This document shows positions 17,423 through 26,921 of a stretch of DNA of 32,865 nucleotides, piece after piece. A model generated the notes under the pieces. The model searched no databases. It was given only the letters and a program-made list of their open reading frames with translations, and was not told the DNA's origin. The stretch is from Candidatus Nomurabacteria bacterium (GTDB lineage Bacteria > Patescibacteriota > Minisyncoccia > Phycocordibacterales > UBA9973). Location: the NCBI GenBank assembly GCA_943354645.1, contig CALRCO010000003.1:1-32865 (forward strand). Reading direction: 5' to 3'. Made by a program: the position numbers and the translations under genes. How positions within the stretch are numbered: the stretch's first letter is position 1; every line of letters starts with the position of its first letter.

Positions 17423-17464
17423 AAAATGATTCAGAATCTGCCTATTGTCGATTTTCTTTGCAAA

Positions 17465-17641
17465 GCTGGGAGACTAGGGGTCGCCCGCGACTAAAACTTT
17501 TTCGTCAAAAAGTTTTGTCTGGGCACCGCCTCACGATTTTTCGAAGCGAAAAATAACGTTCCGGCGTTCGAATCCTAGTCGCGAGTGAAGCAGTTCACTC
17601 GCTTCCCGCAGCAAAATAAGCATCGCTTATTTTTGCTGCGG
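17465..17641. repeat. tRNA-3'-associated structured element, copy 2 (tRNA-Gln)
   Basis: Core 17483-17575 homologous to 766-858; inverted tRNA copy GTTCGAATCCTAGTC (17566-17580) and CCCGCAGC (17605-17612); degenerate direct copy 17465-17478. Confidence 0.88.
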
Positions 17642-17706
17642 GACTAGGATTCGAACCTAGATGACACGATTCAGAGTCGCGTATCCTACCATTAGATGAT
17701 CCCGCA
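17636..17706 (-). tRNA. tRNA-Gln(CTG)
   Basis: Reverse complement TGCGGGATCATCTAATGGTAGGATACGCGACT-CTG-AATCGTGTCATCTAGGTTCGAATCCTAGTCCCGCAG. Confidence 0.96.
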
Positions 17707-17817
17707 ATATTTAATCAAACCATTTATGAGGTAACCGAAAAATTGTGATCCTGTAATATTTTTGACTCACTTACTCTACATTATTTTCAGGATTTTTCAA
17801 CTTGGATATATAAAAAT

Positions 17818-17845
17818 GAGGGATTTTCATTAATGAAAATCCCTC
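17818..17845 (-). terminator. 28-bp perfect palindrome, probable terminator
   Basis: gagggattttcattaatgaaaatccctc just after the 17857 stop. Confidence 0.7.
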
Positions 17846-17856
17846 GTGTTGTTGTC

Positions 17857-18147
17857 TTAAATTGTCGAATAAATCATACCGGCGTATGAAATTTTTGGAC
17901 CAGCGACTCGAAACCATTGTAGAGCGTTTTTGAAGCGTCGTTCAAAAGCAGGTCTGTCTTTTGTTGTTTTAAAATCAGCACGAAGTGAGGTCATTATTTC
18001 TAACCATAATAAGTGCCATTCGTGAGAAGTTAATTCCGCGAGTATCCGTTTTTGTGGTTGTGTTTCAACAATGGTTTTTCCATTTGTTATTGGAACATCT
18101 TTGGGCACTATTTTCATGTTGTTTGAATTTAGGTGCATTCTAGACAT
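17857..18147 (-). CDS. hypothetical protein (start uncertain)
   Basis: Only ORF in the gap, followed by a hairpin. Confidence 0.55.
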   Translation of the reverse strand: MSRMHLNSNNMKIVPKDVPITNGKTIVETQPQKRILAELTSHEWHLLWLEIMTSLRADFKTTKDRPAFERRFKNALQWFRVAGPKISYAGMIYSTI

Positions 18148-18212
18148 TTTTCATCTCCTTGTCAAAGGTATCAACAATTGCTTTTAGGTAAATCTGTTAC
18201 AATATATTTTAT

Positions 18213-18851
18213 ATGAAGCAACTTCGTTTAGAATCACTCGCAGATGGTATTTTTGCCATCGTCATTACCTTGCTCGTATTCCATATTCGACTTCCTGAAT
18301 TACCCGTGAATGCAGGGGATGGTGCAATTTGGAATGCAATATTTGATATGCGTACACTCTTTGCAAGTTACGTACTTTCATTTGCGGTGCTCTTTACCTA
18401 TTGGCGTGCCCACCATTTTATTGCATCTGTATACGCAAAAGGAATTGATCAGATGTTTGTGAATATCAATGCGGTCTTTTTTGTGCTTGTTGCACTCGTG
18501 CCATTTTCTGCAGATATGCTCGGTAGATATAGTAAGTCACCGCTTGCGATTATGATTTTTTCTTTTAATATCGTCTGTATTGGTGCGGTGCTCTATTGGA
18601 TGCGGACATATGCAAAACGTGCACAGACAATTGAAAATCAAGATATATCTCCTTCCGAAGAACGTCATGCCATGATGCGCATTATGGTGCCAATGTTCAC
18701 TGCATTATTTGCGGTAATCATTGCGACATACAATACAGACGTAGCACTTGTTGTTCTTACTGCTGGTATTTTATTTAATTTGTCTCGCAGAAGTACTCAC
18801 GTCACCACGCGGATGCTCGGCATTGTCTTTGTTGATTTTAAAGAGAATTAA
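18213..18851 (+). CDS. TMEM175-family (DUF1211) potassium channel
   Basis: RLESLADGIFAIVITLLV (R...FSD...AI..TLL motif), SYVLSF, YWRAHH, LVPF. Confidence 0.88.
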   Translation: MKQLRLESLADGIFAIVITLLVFHIRLPELPVNAGDGAIWNAIFDMRTLFASYVLSFAVLFTYWRAHHFIASVYAKGIDQMFVNINAVFFVLVALVPFSADMLGRYSKSPLAIMIFSFNIVCIGAVLYWMRTYAKRAQTIENQDISPSEERHAMMRIMVPMFTALFAVIIATYNTDVALVVLTAGILFNLSRRSTHVTTRMLGIVFVDFKEN

Positions 18852-18932
18852 AATTAGTCCGACCTTTGTCGGACTCCGACGACGGTCGGAGTAGGTAGCA
18901 AGTAGCAAGGGAGATAATTCAGCAAGAAAAAT

Positions 18933-19733
18933 ATGACAGATAAGGCATTTCAAAAATTAGTCTTTGACTTCTATAAAAAGAATAAGCGCTCATTTCCTTG
19001 GAGGGAAACTAAAGATCCATATGCGATCTTTATTTCAGAGGTGATGCTGCAGCAGACGCAGGCGCCGCGTGTGGTGGCAAAGTTTGTTGCGTTTATGAAA
19101 AAGTTTCCGACGGTACAAAAACTTGCGAAGGCAAAAGATTCGGACATTATCCGAGAATGGCAAGGGCTTGGGTATAATCGTCGCGCACTCAATTTGGTGC
19201 GTGCAGCACGGGAGATGGTCACGAGGCACAATGGTGCCGTGCCGCGCGGTACAGAGGCATTGGTCGCACTTCCTGGTATTGGTCCATACACCGCAGCTGC
19301 TATCCGCTCATTTGCATTTAATAGTAATGCGGTAGTTATTGAGACAAATATTCGCTCGGTATGTATCCATTATTTTTTCCCGGAGCGACTGACAAAAGTA
19401 ACCGATGCAGAGTTGTTGCCGATTATCGAGCGGACATTTCCAAAAGGGAAGGCGCGCGAGTGGTATGCAGCGCTCATGGATCTTGGTGCAAAGTTAAAAA
19501 AAGAAGGCAAGGGAAGTCCATCGAGAACAAAAGTGTATACGAAACAATCTACGTTTAAAGGTTCAAATCGCGCACTTCGAGGGATGATACTACGAGAAGC
19601 AGCGCGGAACTCTTTTGTTGCAAAAGAGTTCCGCGCTGTAGGTTATGCCGGCAATCAAATCCGTCAAGGTATAGCCGACCTGATCAAAGAAGGATTTATT
19701 GTACAAAAAAGAGGGAAAATATACTTGAAATAA
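18933..19733 (+). CDS. mutY: A/G-specific adenine glycosylase, short form without Fe-S motif
   Basis: FPWR, SEVMLQQTQ, WQGLGYNRRA, LPGIGPYTA, ALMDLGA, QSTFKGS.R..RG. Confidence 0.85.
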   Translation: MTDKAFQKLVFDFYKKNKRSFPWRETKDPYAIFISEVMLQQTQAPRVVAKFVAFMKKFPTVQKLAKAKDSDIIREWQGLGYNRRALNLVRAAREMVTRHNGAVPRGTEALVALPGIGPYTAAAIRSFAFNSNAVVIETNIRSVCIHYFFPERLTKVTDAELLPIIERTFPKGKAREWYAALMDLGAKLKKEGKGSPSRTKVYTKQSTFKGSNRALRGMILREAARNSFVAKEFRAVGYAGNQIRQGIADLIKEGFIVQKRGKIYLK

Positions 19734-19767
19734 ATTATAAAATCCGGCGTATGCCGGATTTTATAAT
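19734..19767 (+). terminator. intrinsic terminator
   Basis: attataaaatccggc-gtat-gccggattttataat. Confidence 0.75.
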
Positions 19768-19822
19768 AGTTGACGGATATATTTATATATGATACAATAT
19801 AGAAAACAAAAAATCAAAAATC

Positions 19823-20356
19823 ATGGAACTAAAAAAATCACATAATACTCAATTTTGGATTACTGCAGGGATGATCGCTATTCTTGTAATAGGTCTGATA
19901 TTTTGGGTGACTTCGTACGACACTTTACAGGGAAAGTTTTTATTGATGTGGTTAGCAGCTAGCATCTGGTTTGTTACTTTTATGTTTTTTTGTATTTTCT
20001 TGGGAATGCTTATCTATGGAGATGAAAAAGGAAAACCCCTCACTTTTAAAGACCTTAATCCTGATATTGTTTTTTATTTGGAAAAAGAAAGTCTCGACAT
20101 GAGAAAAAATCTTCTTAAACAGTGGGGGTATTTGTACAGAATTTCTTCCGGAAAGGAATCTTTAATATTAGCAGATTGGGGCCTTTTTGAGGAAGGAGAA
20201 TATATTAAAGAAGCCAGCACAGAAAAAATTCAGAAAGTATTTACACTTGATATTGGAAAGAAAAAAATAATCAAGAAAAAAGTACCAAATAAATTAATAG
20301 TAAAACCTGCTGTTAAGAAACCAAAGAAAAAACCTGTTGTTAAAAAAGAAAAGTAA
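19823..20356 (+). CDS. hypothetical 2-TM protein with Lys-rich tail
   Basis: Own promoter TTGACG-17-TACAAT (19770-19798) and terminator; AT-rich. Confidence 0.75.
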   Translation: MELKKSHNTQFWITAGMIAILVIGLIFWVTSYDTLQGKFLLMWLAASIWFVTFMFFCIFLGMLIYGDEKGKPLTFKDLNPDIVFYLEKESLDMRKNLLKQWGYLYRISSGKESLILADWGLFEEGEYIKEASTEKIQKVFTLDIGKKKIIKKKVPNKLIVKPAVKKPKKKPVVKKEK

Positions 20357-20372
20357 AAAATAACTTTAATTT

Positions 20373-20400
20373 AAACTCCCTCATTAGTTTGAGGGAGTTT
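20373..20400. terminator. bidirectional terminator
   Basis: aaactccctca-ttagtt-tgagggagttt. Confidence 0.75.
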
Positions 20401-20402
20401 TT

Positions 20403-21149
20403 TTATTTCAATCCCAACTGTTCCAAGAGAGATTCTTTTTGTTTTAGGGTAAGTGGTTGAAGAATGTTTGCTGGCACGTGGTCGATTTTAAATGAAAGCA
20501 ATCGCACGCGTACGAGCTGACGCACGCTGTAACCAAATTTATCACACATACGGCGCACTTGGTGATGCTTGCCTTCGGTGAGGGTAATTCGGAAGCTCGT
20601 ATTCGTAATCCATTTCACTTGTGCGGGTTTTGTTTTAAATTCTTCAAGCTGGACACCACGCGAAAGCGCATTCAAAAATGTTTGCGTGATTGCCTTGTCG
20701 ACAGTGACTTCGTATTCTTTTTCATGATCAAATTGTGGTTCGAGTAATCGCTTCGGTACACGGCGATCATTCGTGAGCAAGAGCAATCCTTCTGATTCTT
20801 TATCAAGTCGCCCTACCGGCACCACACCGTTTGGAATACGCACCAAGTCTTTGATTTCTTTCTCTTTCATCTTGGTGGTGCGCACTGCGTTTACCGTCAC
20901 GACACCTCGTGGTTTGTTGTACAAGAAATACTGATAGGGAACTGCCGTTCTATTTTTTACTTCCACATTATCCGTTGGCTGTACCATATCGCCCAACTTT
21001 GCCGGTTTACCATTGATAAATACTTTTTTAGCAACAATAAGTTCATCACCTTCACGTCGTGAGGCAAGACCGTTATCGGCTAAATATTTATTGATACGCA
21101 CTCCTGTTCGAGTTGGTTTGTTATCTGGTGTCTTTGAGTTTGATTGCAT
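20403..21149 (-). CDS. RsuA/RluB/RluF-family rRNA pseudouridine synthase with S4 domain
   Basis: RINKYLA..G.ASRR, YNKPRG, VGRLDKESEGLLLLTND, EGKHHQVRRM. Confidence 0.95.
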   Translation of the reverse strand: MQSNSKTPDNKPTRTGVRINKYLADNGLASRREGDELIVAKKVFINGKPAKLGDMVQPTDNVEVKNRTAVPYQYFLYNKPRGVVTVNAVRTTKMKEKEIKDLVRIPNGVVPVGRLDKESEGLLLLTNDRRVPKRLLEPQFDHEKEYEVTVDKAITQTFLNALSRGVQLEEFKTKPAQVKWITNTSFRITLTEGKHHQVRRMCDKFGYSVRQLVRVRLLSFKIDHVPANILQPLTLKQKESLLEQLGLK

Positions 21150-22281
21150 AATAGAGTCCTGACAATACCACGATTCCTAAAATAAAGAAAAGGACGCCAT
21201 AGGAAGAGAAAAATAAGATTGCGCTACCGAGTAATGGCCCAATGATAAATGCGGTCGGTGCAGTGAGTCGGTAAGTAGATAACATGCTCGTATCGCGCTC
21301 GCCGATTTGTTTGAAAAAATATATTTCCGCCATACATTCGATAGTTGCAGCACCGATACGAGACAGAAACAATAATCCTGCCCATGCATACAGTGTTGCG
21401 TCGGCAAAAAAAGGAACAAGAAGACATGATAATCCCATCACACATAACCCCGAAATCAGTAGCTCTTTTTCTCCAAGATTTGTATCTGCAAGTTTACCAA
21501 GCGGATATTGCAATATGACAAATGCCGCGAGCATGACGGTAAACATAATACCGACCTCTTCCCAAGAAAATCCTAAATGTTTTACAAGGTATACGGGAAG
21601 AAACACAATCATCCATGAATAAAAAAGTTGGAGAATAAAATTAACGGATGCAATGTTGCGTAAGTTTTTATTGGCGAGGAGGGCACTGATCCCGTGTCTA
21701 AAAGAAATTGTTTTGTATACAGGATTTTTATAGCCACGCAATTTGCTGCCGAGGAATAAAAACGTACAGAGAACAAATACCATCGAGAGGCCATAGAGCA
21801 TTGTAAACCCATAATGCGCTAAGATGTAGCCGGAGATAAGCGGTGCAAACATCCATGCAATATTTAAGACAGTGAGATAAATACCCCGCATACGTCCTGT
21901 TTCTGATGGAATAGGGTTGACGTGTTCAATAAAAAGATCAAATGCGTACATGATTGCAGAGTTGGTGGCAAGATACGCGACGAAGGCACCAATGATAAGT
22001 ATTGGCCCTGATCCTTGGCCGATAAAAAATAAGGCGAATAAATTCACCATTAAAAACAAAAGCGCGTATTGTCGATTGCCGATGTTGCGGATGATGCGAG
22101 GAGCAAGTCCAAGCATGACGAGTGCGCAAAAAGCCCCCACACTGTAGATGAGACCAATCCACACTTCAGGAACAAAGTGACCAAGATACGTTGAGTTGAT
22201 GTATGCCGCAAGTGCGCCTTGCAATCCGAAACAAAAACTTGCGATGTAGATGTACTTTGTAAATTTTGAGTGACGGAACAT
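21121..22281 (-). CDS. MFS transporter
   Basis: About 12 hydrophobic segments; GKLADTNLGEK loop motif. Confidence 0.88.
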   Translation of the reverse strand: MFRHSKFTKYIYIASFCFGLQGALAAYINSTYLGHFVPEVWIGLIYSVGAFCALVMLGLAPRIIRNIGNRQYALLFLMVNLFALFFIGQGSGPILIIGAFVAYLATNSAIMYAFDLFIEHVNPIPSETGRMRGIYLTVLNIAWMFAPLISGYILAHYGFTMLYGLSMVFVLCTFLFLGSKLRGYKNPVYKTISFRHGISALLANKNLRNIASVNFILQLFYSWMIVFLPVYLVKHLGFSWEEVGIMFTVMLAAFVILQYPLGKLADTNLGEKELLISGLCVMGLSCLLVPFFADATLYAWAGLLFLSRIGAATIECMAEIYFFKQIGERDTSMLSTYRLTAPTAFIIGPLLGSAILFFSSYGVLFFILGIVVLSGLYYAIKLKDTR

Positions 22282-22330
22282 GATATAAGTATACGGTATA
22301 CAGTATCAAGTATGAAGGGGGAAACAGTCC

Positions 22331-22377
22331 TTTGTGTCATTCCGGACACGAGTCCGCGAAGTTTGATCCGGAATCCA
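22331..22377 (+). repeat. GTCATYCCGG-type palindromic repeat, left arm
   Basis: tttgtgtcattccggac[15-nt insert]ttgatccggaatcca; inverse of 22856-22887. Confidence 0.8.
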
Positions 22378-22435
22378 TTGCGGAAAATAAAAAAGCCCAA
22401 CCATATTTGGAAGGGCTTTAAATTTTTTGTCCGCG

Positions 22436-22750
22436 TTATTTTTTTTCGATCGGTTCTAATTGGTCATGAGGAAGGAGTGAATTTAACGACACTCTTGTTT
22501 GTTCCCATGTAGATGGATACTGGTTGTAATTTCCTGCAACCATTGATCGGATTGCTCTTTTTATCGCAAGAACTGAGTACTCGTTCAATCCCATCGCTTT
22601 GAGCATTGAGGCGGTTGAGTAAAGGGCAAGTATGTCTGTGCCGGTACTTTCTGTGTATATTTTTGTGAAGAATTTTTGCAGAGCTTCGATAATTTTTATC
22701 GGGTCTGTTTCTTTGTGTAGATGACTGAGAATTTCAAGATTGTTTTCCAT
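22436..22750 (-). CDS. orphan hypothetical protein (104 aa)
   Basis: Own minus-strand promoter TTGACT-17-TATCAT (about 22784-22812) and hairpin 22393-22419. Confidence 0.7.
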   Translation of the reverse strand: MENNLEILSHLHKETDPIKIIEALQKFFTKIYTESTGTDILALYSTASMLKAMGLNEYSVLAIKRAIRSMVAGNYNQYPSTWEQTRVSLNSLLPHDQLEPIEKK

Positions 22751-22855
22751 GGGTTTATTTTTTAGTTTATGAGGTTTGTATATATGATAGCATATTTTAC
22801 TATAAAAGTCAAGTAAAATATCCTTATAAATAAAGGGGATTTAAGAAGGTTAGCC

Positions 22856-22887
22856 TGGATCCCGGATCGAGTCCGGGATGACACAAA
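22856..22887 (-). repeat. GTCATYCCGG-type palindromic repeat, right arm
   Basis: tggatcccggatcgagtccgggatgacacaaa. Confidence 0.8.
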
Positions 22888-22928
22888 CCTCACCCCAGCC
22901 CTCTCCTGCAAAGGAGAGGGGGCCGGAC

Positions 22929-22969
22929 AACACAAAGAGGAGCAGGCAAAGCCTGCTCCTCTTTGTGTT
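22929..22969 (-). terminator. rnj terminator
   Basis: aacacaaagaggagcaggc-aaa-gcctgctcctctttgtgtt. Confidence 0.8.
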
Positions 22970-22996
22970 TATACTAAATACTGTATACCGAATACT

Positions 22997-25093
22997 TTAT
23001 ACCGATAGCAACACGGGGATAACGAGCGGTCGCTTTGCTGTTTTTTGGAATAAGAATTTCGTCATTGTTTCTGCGACGATGTCTTTGACGGCATCAAAGT
23101 CATTTTGATTTGCGCGCGCATTGTCTTCGATTGTTTTCTTCACGAGTAATCGCGCTTCACGGAGTAGTTCCTGATTTTCTTTCAAATACACGAATCCGCG
23201 AGAAATAAGATCTGGAGATTTTTTCAATTTGCCTTGTGCGTCGAGTACGGCAACAACCACGAAAATACCGTCTTGGGCGAGTGCTTGGCGATCACGGAAC
23301 ACAACACCTTGTTCGTCCGATACAGAGAGTCCATCGACGGCCATCGGCGCTGACGGCGCTTTTTCTTTTAAGACGACTAATTTCTCGCCATTATTTTGGA
23401 TTTCAATAAGTGAGCCATTATCTGGTACTGCAATATGATTTTCTGGCATCCCAAGTCCCATTGCAAGATCCGCATGTAATCGCAACTTATAGTGCCATCC
23501 GTGAATCGGAACAAAGAATCTTGGTTTTAATTTGCGGTGTAGCCACTTGATATCTTCTTGGTTGCCGTGTCCTGTCGCGTGAATATGATCTTCACCGGTT
23601 CGGTAGCTGATGATTTTGACGCCTTGTCGCGCAAGATTGTCTTTTACTTTCGTCACTGCGATTTCGTTTCCTGGAATAACTGATGCGGAGAGAATAATGG
23701 TGTCTCCTTTTTTGAGTTGGAATTTTTTGTGCGTTTTATTTGCAACACGAGAAAGTGAGGCAAATTCTTCGCCTTGTGCACCGGTCATCAAAATAATTAT
23801 TTTATGCGCAGGATATTTGTCGACATCTTCAATATTGATGAGGGTGTCTTTTTTTGGCGTAAACAGGCCTGCTTGGATACAAATTTCCAAGTTTGTTTTC
23901 ATAGAACGTCCTTCGAGGACTACTTTTTTGCCGAGTCGTTCTGCAATTTCTACGATTTTTGCAAGACGGGTGATGTGTGACGCGAATGCAGCAATAATAA
24001 TGCGGCCGTCGGTACGCGTGATAATGCGCTCAAGTCCTTCGTGCACTTTGTATTCAGGAAGTGAAAATCCTTCATTATCGATATTCGTTGAATCCGTGAG
24101 CAAGAGCAATGTTTTTTCTTTGTCGAATATCGCATACTCTTTTTCTTCACTTGTCGTTGCAACGCCGTCAACTTGGTCGAGCTTGTAATCGCCTGGCGTT
24201 ACGATATTGCCGTACGGTGTTTCAACAATAAGTCCCATTGAATCTGGAATCGTGTGGGTGACGCCGAAGAATCGCAAATGCATATTACCGACACGAATGC
24301 GATCTGTTTTTTCTACGATATTAATATTGAGCGCAGCAAGGCTCGGATAATCTTCCTGACGTTTTTTGATCATGAGTGTCGTTAGATATCGAGAATAAAT
24401 TGGTGGATTACCGATGCGATTTGCAACAAGTGCAATACCACCTGTGTGGTCTAGGTGACCGTGCGTCACGATCATGGCGCGGATTTTGTCCTTACGTTCT
24501 TCGAGGTAGGTTGTGTTTGGAATGATGTAGTCAACGCCTGGTGTGTCATCAGTTTCAAATTGCATACCCGCATCGATAACAATGATGTCATCCGCTGTTT
24601 CAATGACGGTCATGTTCTTGCCGATTTCTTCAACACCCCCAAGAGGAATAATACGGATATCACCTGGAGCGATAGGAGGGATTTGTATTTGTGGTGCGCG
24701 TTTTTTGATGTGCGTGTAACTTGCACTTCGAGAAAGTTTCATTCGTGGCGGATGGCTAGATGAACTACCGTGTGATTTTGAACGACGAGGAGGAAGCGCT
24801 GGTTTTGTCGCAGATGCTGTCACGTGCTGTGGAGGGCGTGCTTGCGTATGCGTGTGGTGCGTCGGTCGTTTGTAGGCAATCCGAGTAGGGTCGTTTGCTG
24901 TTTTCATTAGTGCTGACTGCAACGATGAACGCTGTTCTGGCGTTTTTTGTAGTGGAGGGCGAACTTGCGATTGAGCTGTGCCTACTGGTCGTGGTCCTTG
25001 TGGGTTATATGGACGTCGAAATGGGCCGTTTGATGGACGGCGAGGAAAATGGCGTTTTGGGCCGAGGGGTTGAGATGGTTGTGATGGGGGCAT
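22997..25093 (-). CDS. rnj: ribonuclease J with long low-complexity N-terminal extension
   Basis: PLGGVEEIGKNM, THGHLDH, HTIPDS, GDYKLD, TGAQGE, HATGHG, PIHG, SRGFVY. Confidence 0.95.
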   Translation of the reverse strand: MPPSQPSQPLGPKRHFPRRPSNGPFRRPYNPQGPRPVGTAQSQVRPPLQKTPEQRSSLQSALMKTANDPTRIAYKRPTHHTHTQARPPQHVTASATKPALPPRRSKSHGSSSSHPPRMKLSRSASYTHIKKRAPQIQIPPIAPGDIRIIPLGGVEEIGKNMTVIETADDIIVIDAGMQFETDDTPGVDYIIPNTTYLEERKDKIRAMIVTHGHLDHTGGIALVANRIGNPPIYSRYLTTLMIKKRQEDYPSLAALNINIVEKTDRIRVGNMHLRFFGVTHTIPDSMGLIVETPYGNIVTPGDYKLDQVDGVATTSEEKEYAIFDKEKTLLLLTDSTNIDNEGFSLPEYKVHEGLERIITRTDGRIIIAAFASHITRLAKIVEIAERLGKKVVLEGRSMKTNLEICIQAGLFTPKKDTLINIEDVDKYPAHKIIILMTGAQGEEFASLSRVANKTHKKFQLKKGDTIILSASVIPGNEIAVTKVKDNLARQGVKIISYRTGEDHIHATGHGNQEDIKWLHRKLKPRFFVPIHGWHYKLRLHADLAMGLGMPENHIAVPDNGSLIEIQNNGEKLVVLKEKAPSAPMAVDGLSVSDEQGVVFRDRQALAQDGIFVVVAVLDAQGKLKKSPDLISRGFVYLKENQELLREARLLVKKTIEDNARANQNDFDAVKDIVAETMTKFLFQKTAKRPLVIPVLLSV

Positions 25094-25104
25094 GAGTGAT
25101 TATG

Positions 25105-26850
25105 TTAATTAATAGGCGCTATTTGATTTTTGTTTTTTGCAAAAAATTTCCAAACACTATCGGTGCGTACATACCAGGTGTATGCGTTGCGGAACTGTTC
25201 TCCTTGATAGGTGCTTGCGGTTGGAGTGAAGTTGTTGATTTGTTTTTGCATAATATAGATAGCGTCTGGTTCATACAAAAATACTGCGGGTGCATCTTTC
25301 ACTAATAGTTGCTCGAGTGAGCTATAGAGTGTTTTTGCTTTTGCTTGATCGGTTTCTTTCGGTGCGGATTCAAGTATCGAGTCTACTTTTGTATTCGCAT
25401 ACAACGCAACATTGAGTCCTGGGTCATTTCGTTCACCTGAGTGCCAAAACGAATAAAGATCTGCTGGTGTGTTTACAATTTGACCAAAAAGCAAGGCTTC
25501 ATATTCACGTGGTCGGATGATTGTCTGATTTAAAATACCTACTTCGTACACTTTGAGTTCAACGCTCATGCCGATTGCTTCCAAATCTTGTTTGACGAGT
25601 TCTGCTGCTTTGCGGAGTTCAGGTGCATCACCTGTCGAGATAGAGAAGGCGAGGCGAGTGCTCCCTTTTTTAAGGATGCCGTCGGTATCTTTTGTGTATC
25701 CAGCTTTTGTGAGTATGTTTTTTGCAGCATCCGCGTCTACCTTCTGCGGCGTAATGGAACCATCTTTAAACATTTCTGGGATTGGTCCTTGCGCAACGTG
25801 GCCATAACCCAATAATACTTCATTTACGATTTGTTGTTTATCAACGGCGAGATTAATTGCATCAATGACAGCGCGATCGGTAAATAACGGTGCTTGTGAT
25901 TGATTAAAAAATAAAGAAAAAATTCGTGGCAGTGGTGAGTGCGTAATGGTGTACTTTTCTTGTGCGAGAGCTTCTGTTTTTTCTGGTGAAATATTACTGA
26001 TCATATCGACATTGTTGCCGGTAAATCCTGCAACAAGGTCTCGTTCATTTGTGTACACAATAAAATCAAGATGTTCAATATATGCACGACCTGGTGCAAA
26101 ATGAGAAAATGCGCGAAGTGCATATTTTGTCGGCGTACCTTCGCTGTTATTTGTAATCTTACTTATTTTATAAGCACCACTGCCGATTGCTTGTTCGTTC
26201 AAATTAGTAAGCGCAAATGTATCTGCGGTAACATTCTCCCATACATGTTTTGGTAAAATACCTACTGTTGCACTTTCGAGAAATGGTGCAAATGGTTGTT
26301 TGAGTGTAAAGACGACGGTTTTTGCATCTGGCGCAGCTACCTCGATACCTTCAAAAAGGGGGCGCTTCGGACTTTTAATGAGTGGATCTTGGATTTTAGT
26401 AATAGTGTAAACAACATCATCTGCAGTGAGTGCTTTACCATCATGAAAAGTAAGTTTGTCGCGCAAAGTAAATGTGTACACTAAGCCGTTTGGAGAGACG
26501 GTGTAGCTTTGTGCTGCGTCAGGTGTAAGTGTACCTGTTTCATCTTTATGTATGAGTCCACTGTAGACCACAGAGGTAAGTGTTTTGTCTGCTTCTGAAA
26601 TTGCGAGCACAGGGTTGATGAATCTCGGTGTACCGACGATACCAGCTCGAACCGTGCCGCCGTGTGCAGGTATTTTGACGATGAAATGATTATTGATAGC
26701 GACGAGTATTGAAAAAGTGGTAATACCAAGCGCTATAATAAGACCAACAAACAAAAACCATTCGCGTTTAGTAAGCCCGCGCATTGCTTCGCGGAGTTCT
26801 GTTTTTGAGGGCATACGCCACTTCTTTATAGATTGTAAGAGAGTGCTCAT
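25105..26850 (-). CDS. family 5 (OppA/DppA-like) substrate-binding protein, TM-anchored
   Basis: GLVYTFTLRDKL.FHDG..LTADDVVYT, IGSGAYK, AI.LAVDK; no permease genes adjacent. Confidence 0.9.
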   Translation of the reverse strand: MSTLLQSIKKWRMPSKTELREAMRGLTKREWFLFVGLIIALGITTFSILVAINNHFIVKIPAHGGTVRAGIVGTPRFINPVLAISEADKTLTSVVYSGLIHKDETGTLTPDAAQSYTVSPNGLVYTFTLRDKLTFHDGKALTADDVVYTITKIQDPLIKSPKRPLFEGIEVAAPDAKTVVFTLKQPFAPFLESATVGILPKHVWENVTADTFALTNLNEQAIGSGAYKISKITNNSEGTPTKYALRAFSHFAPGRAYIEHLDFIVYTNERDLVAGFTGNNVDMISNISPEKTEALAQEKYTITHSPLPRIFSLFFNQSQAPLFTDRAVIDAINLAVDKQQIVNEVLLGYGHVAQGPIPEMFKDGSITPQKVDADAAKNILTKAGYTKDTDGILKKGSTRLAFSISTGDAPELRKAAELVKQDLEAIGMSVELKVYEVGILNQTIIRPREYEALLFGQIVNTPADLYSFWHSGERNDPGLNVALYANTKVDSILESAPKETDQAKAKTLYSSLEQLLVKDAPAVFLYEPDAIYIMQKQINNFTPTASTYQGEQFRNAYTWYVRTDSVWKFFAKNKNQIAPIN

Positions 26851-26921
26851 GTGAGTTTAAAAGAGAGAGAAATCTGCACGAAGCAGATAAAAAATATCTT
26901 TTTAGTAATTAAGAGTTGAGT

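Noticed and set aside
18856-18891. Twin TCCGAC/GTCGGA hairpins as a distinct ncRNA
   Set aside because: Very short and single-copy in this window; likely a small palindromic repeat and not assessable here.
23610-24188. Long antisense ORFs (also 29924-30505, 28495-28950, 14739-15179, 5205-5693)
   Set aside because: Shadows of well-supported genes on the opposite strand, with no recognisable motifs.
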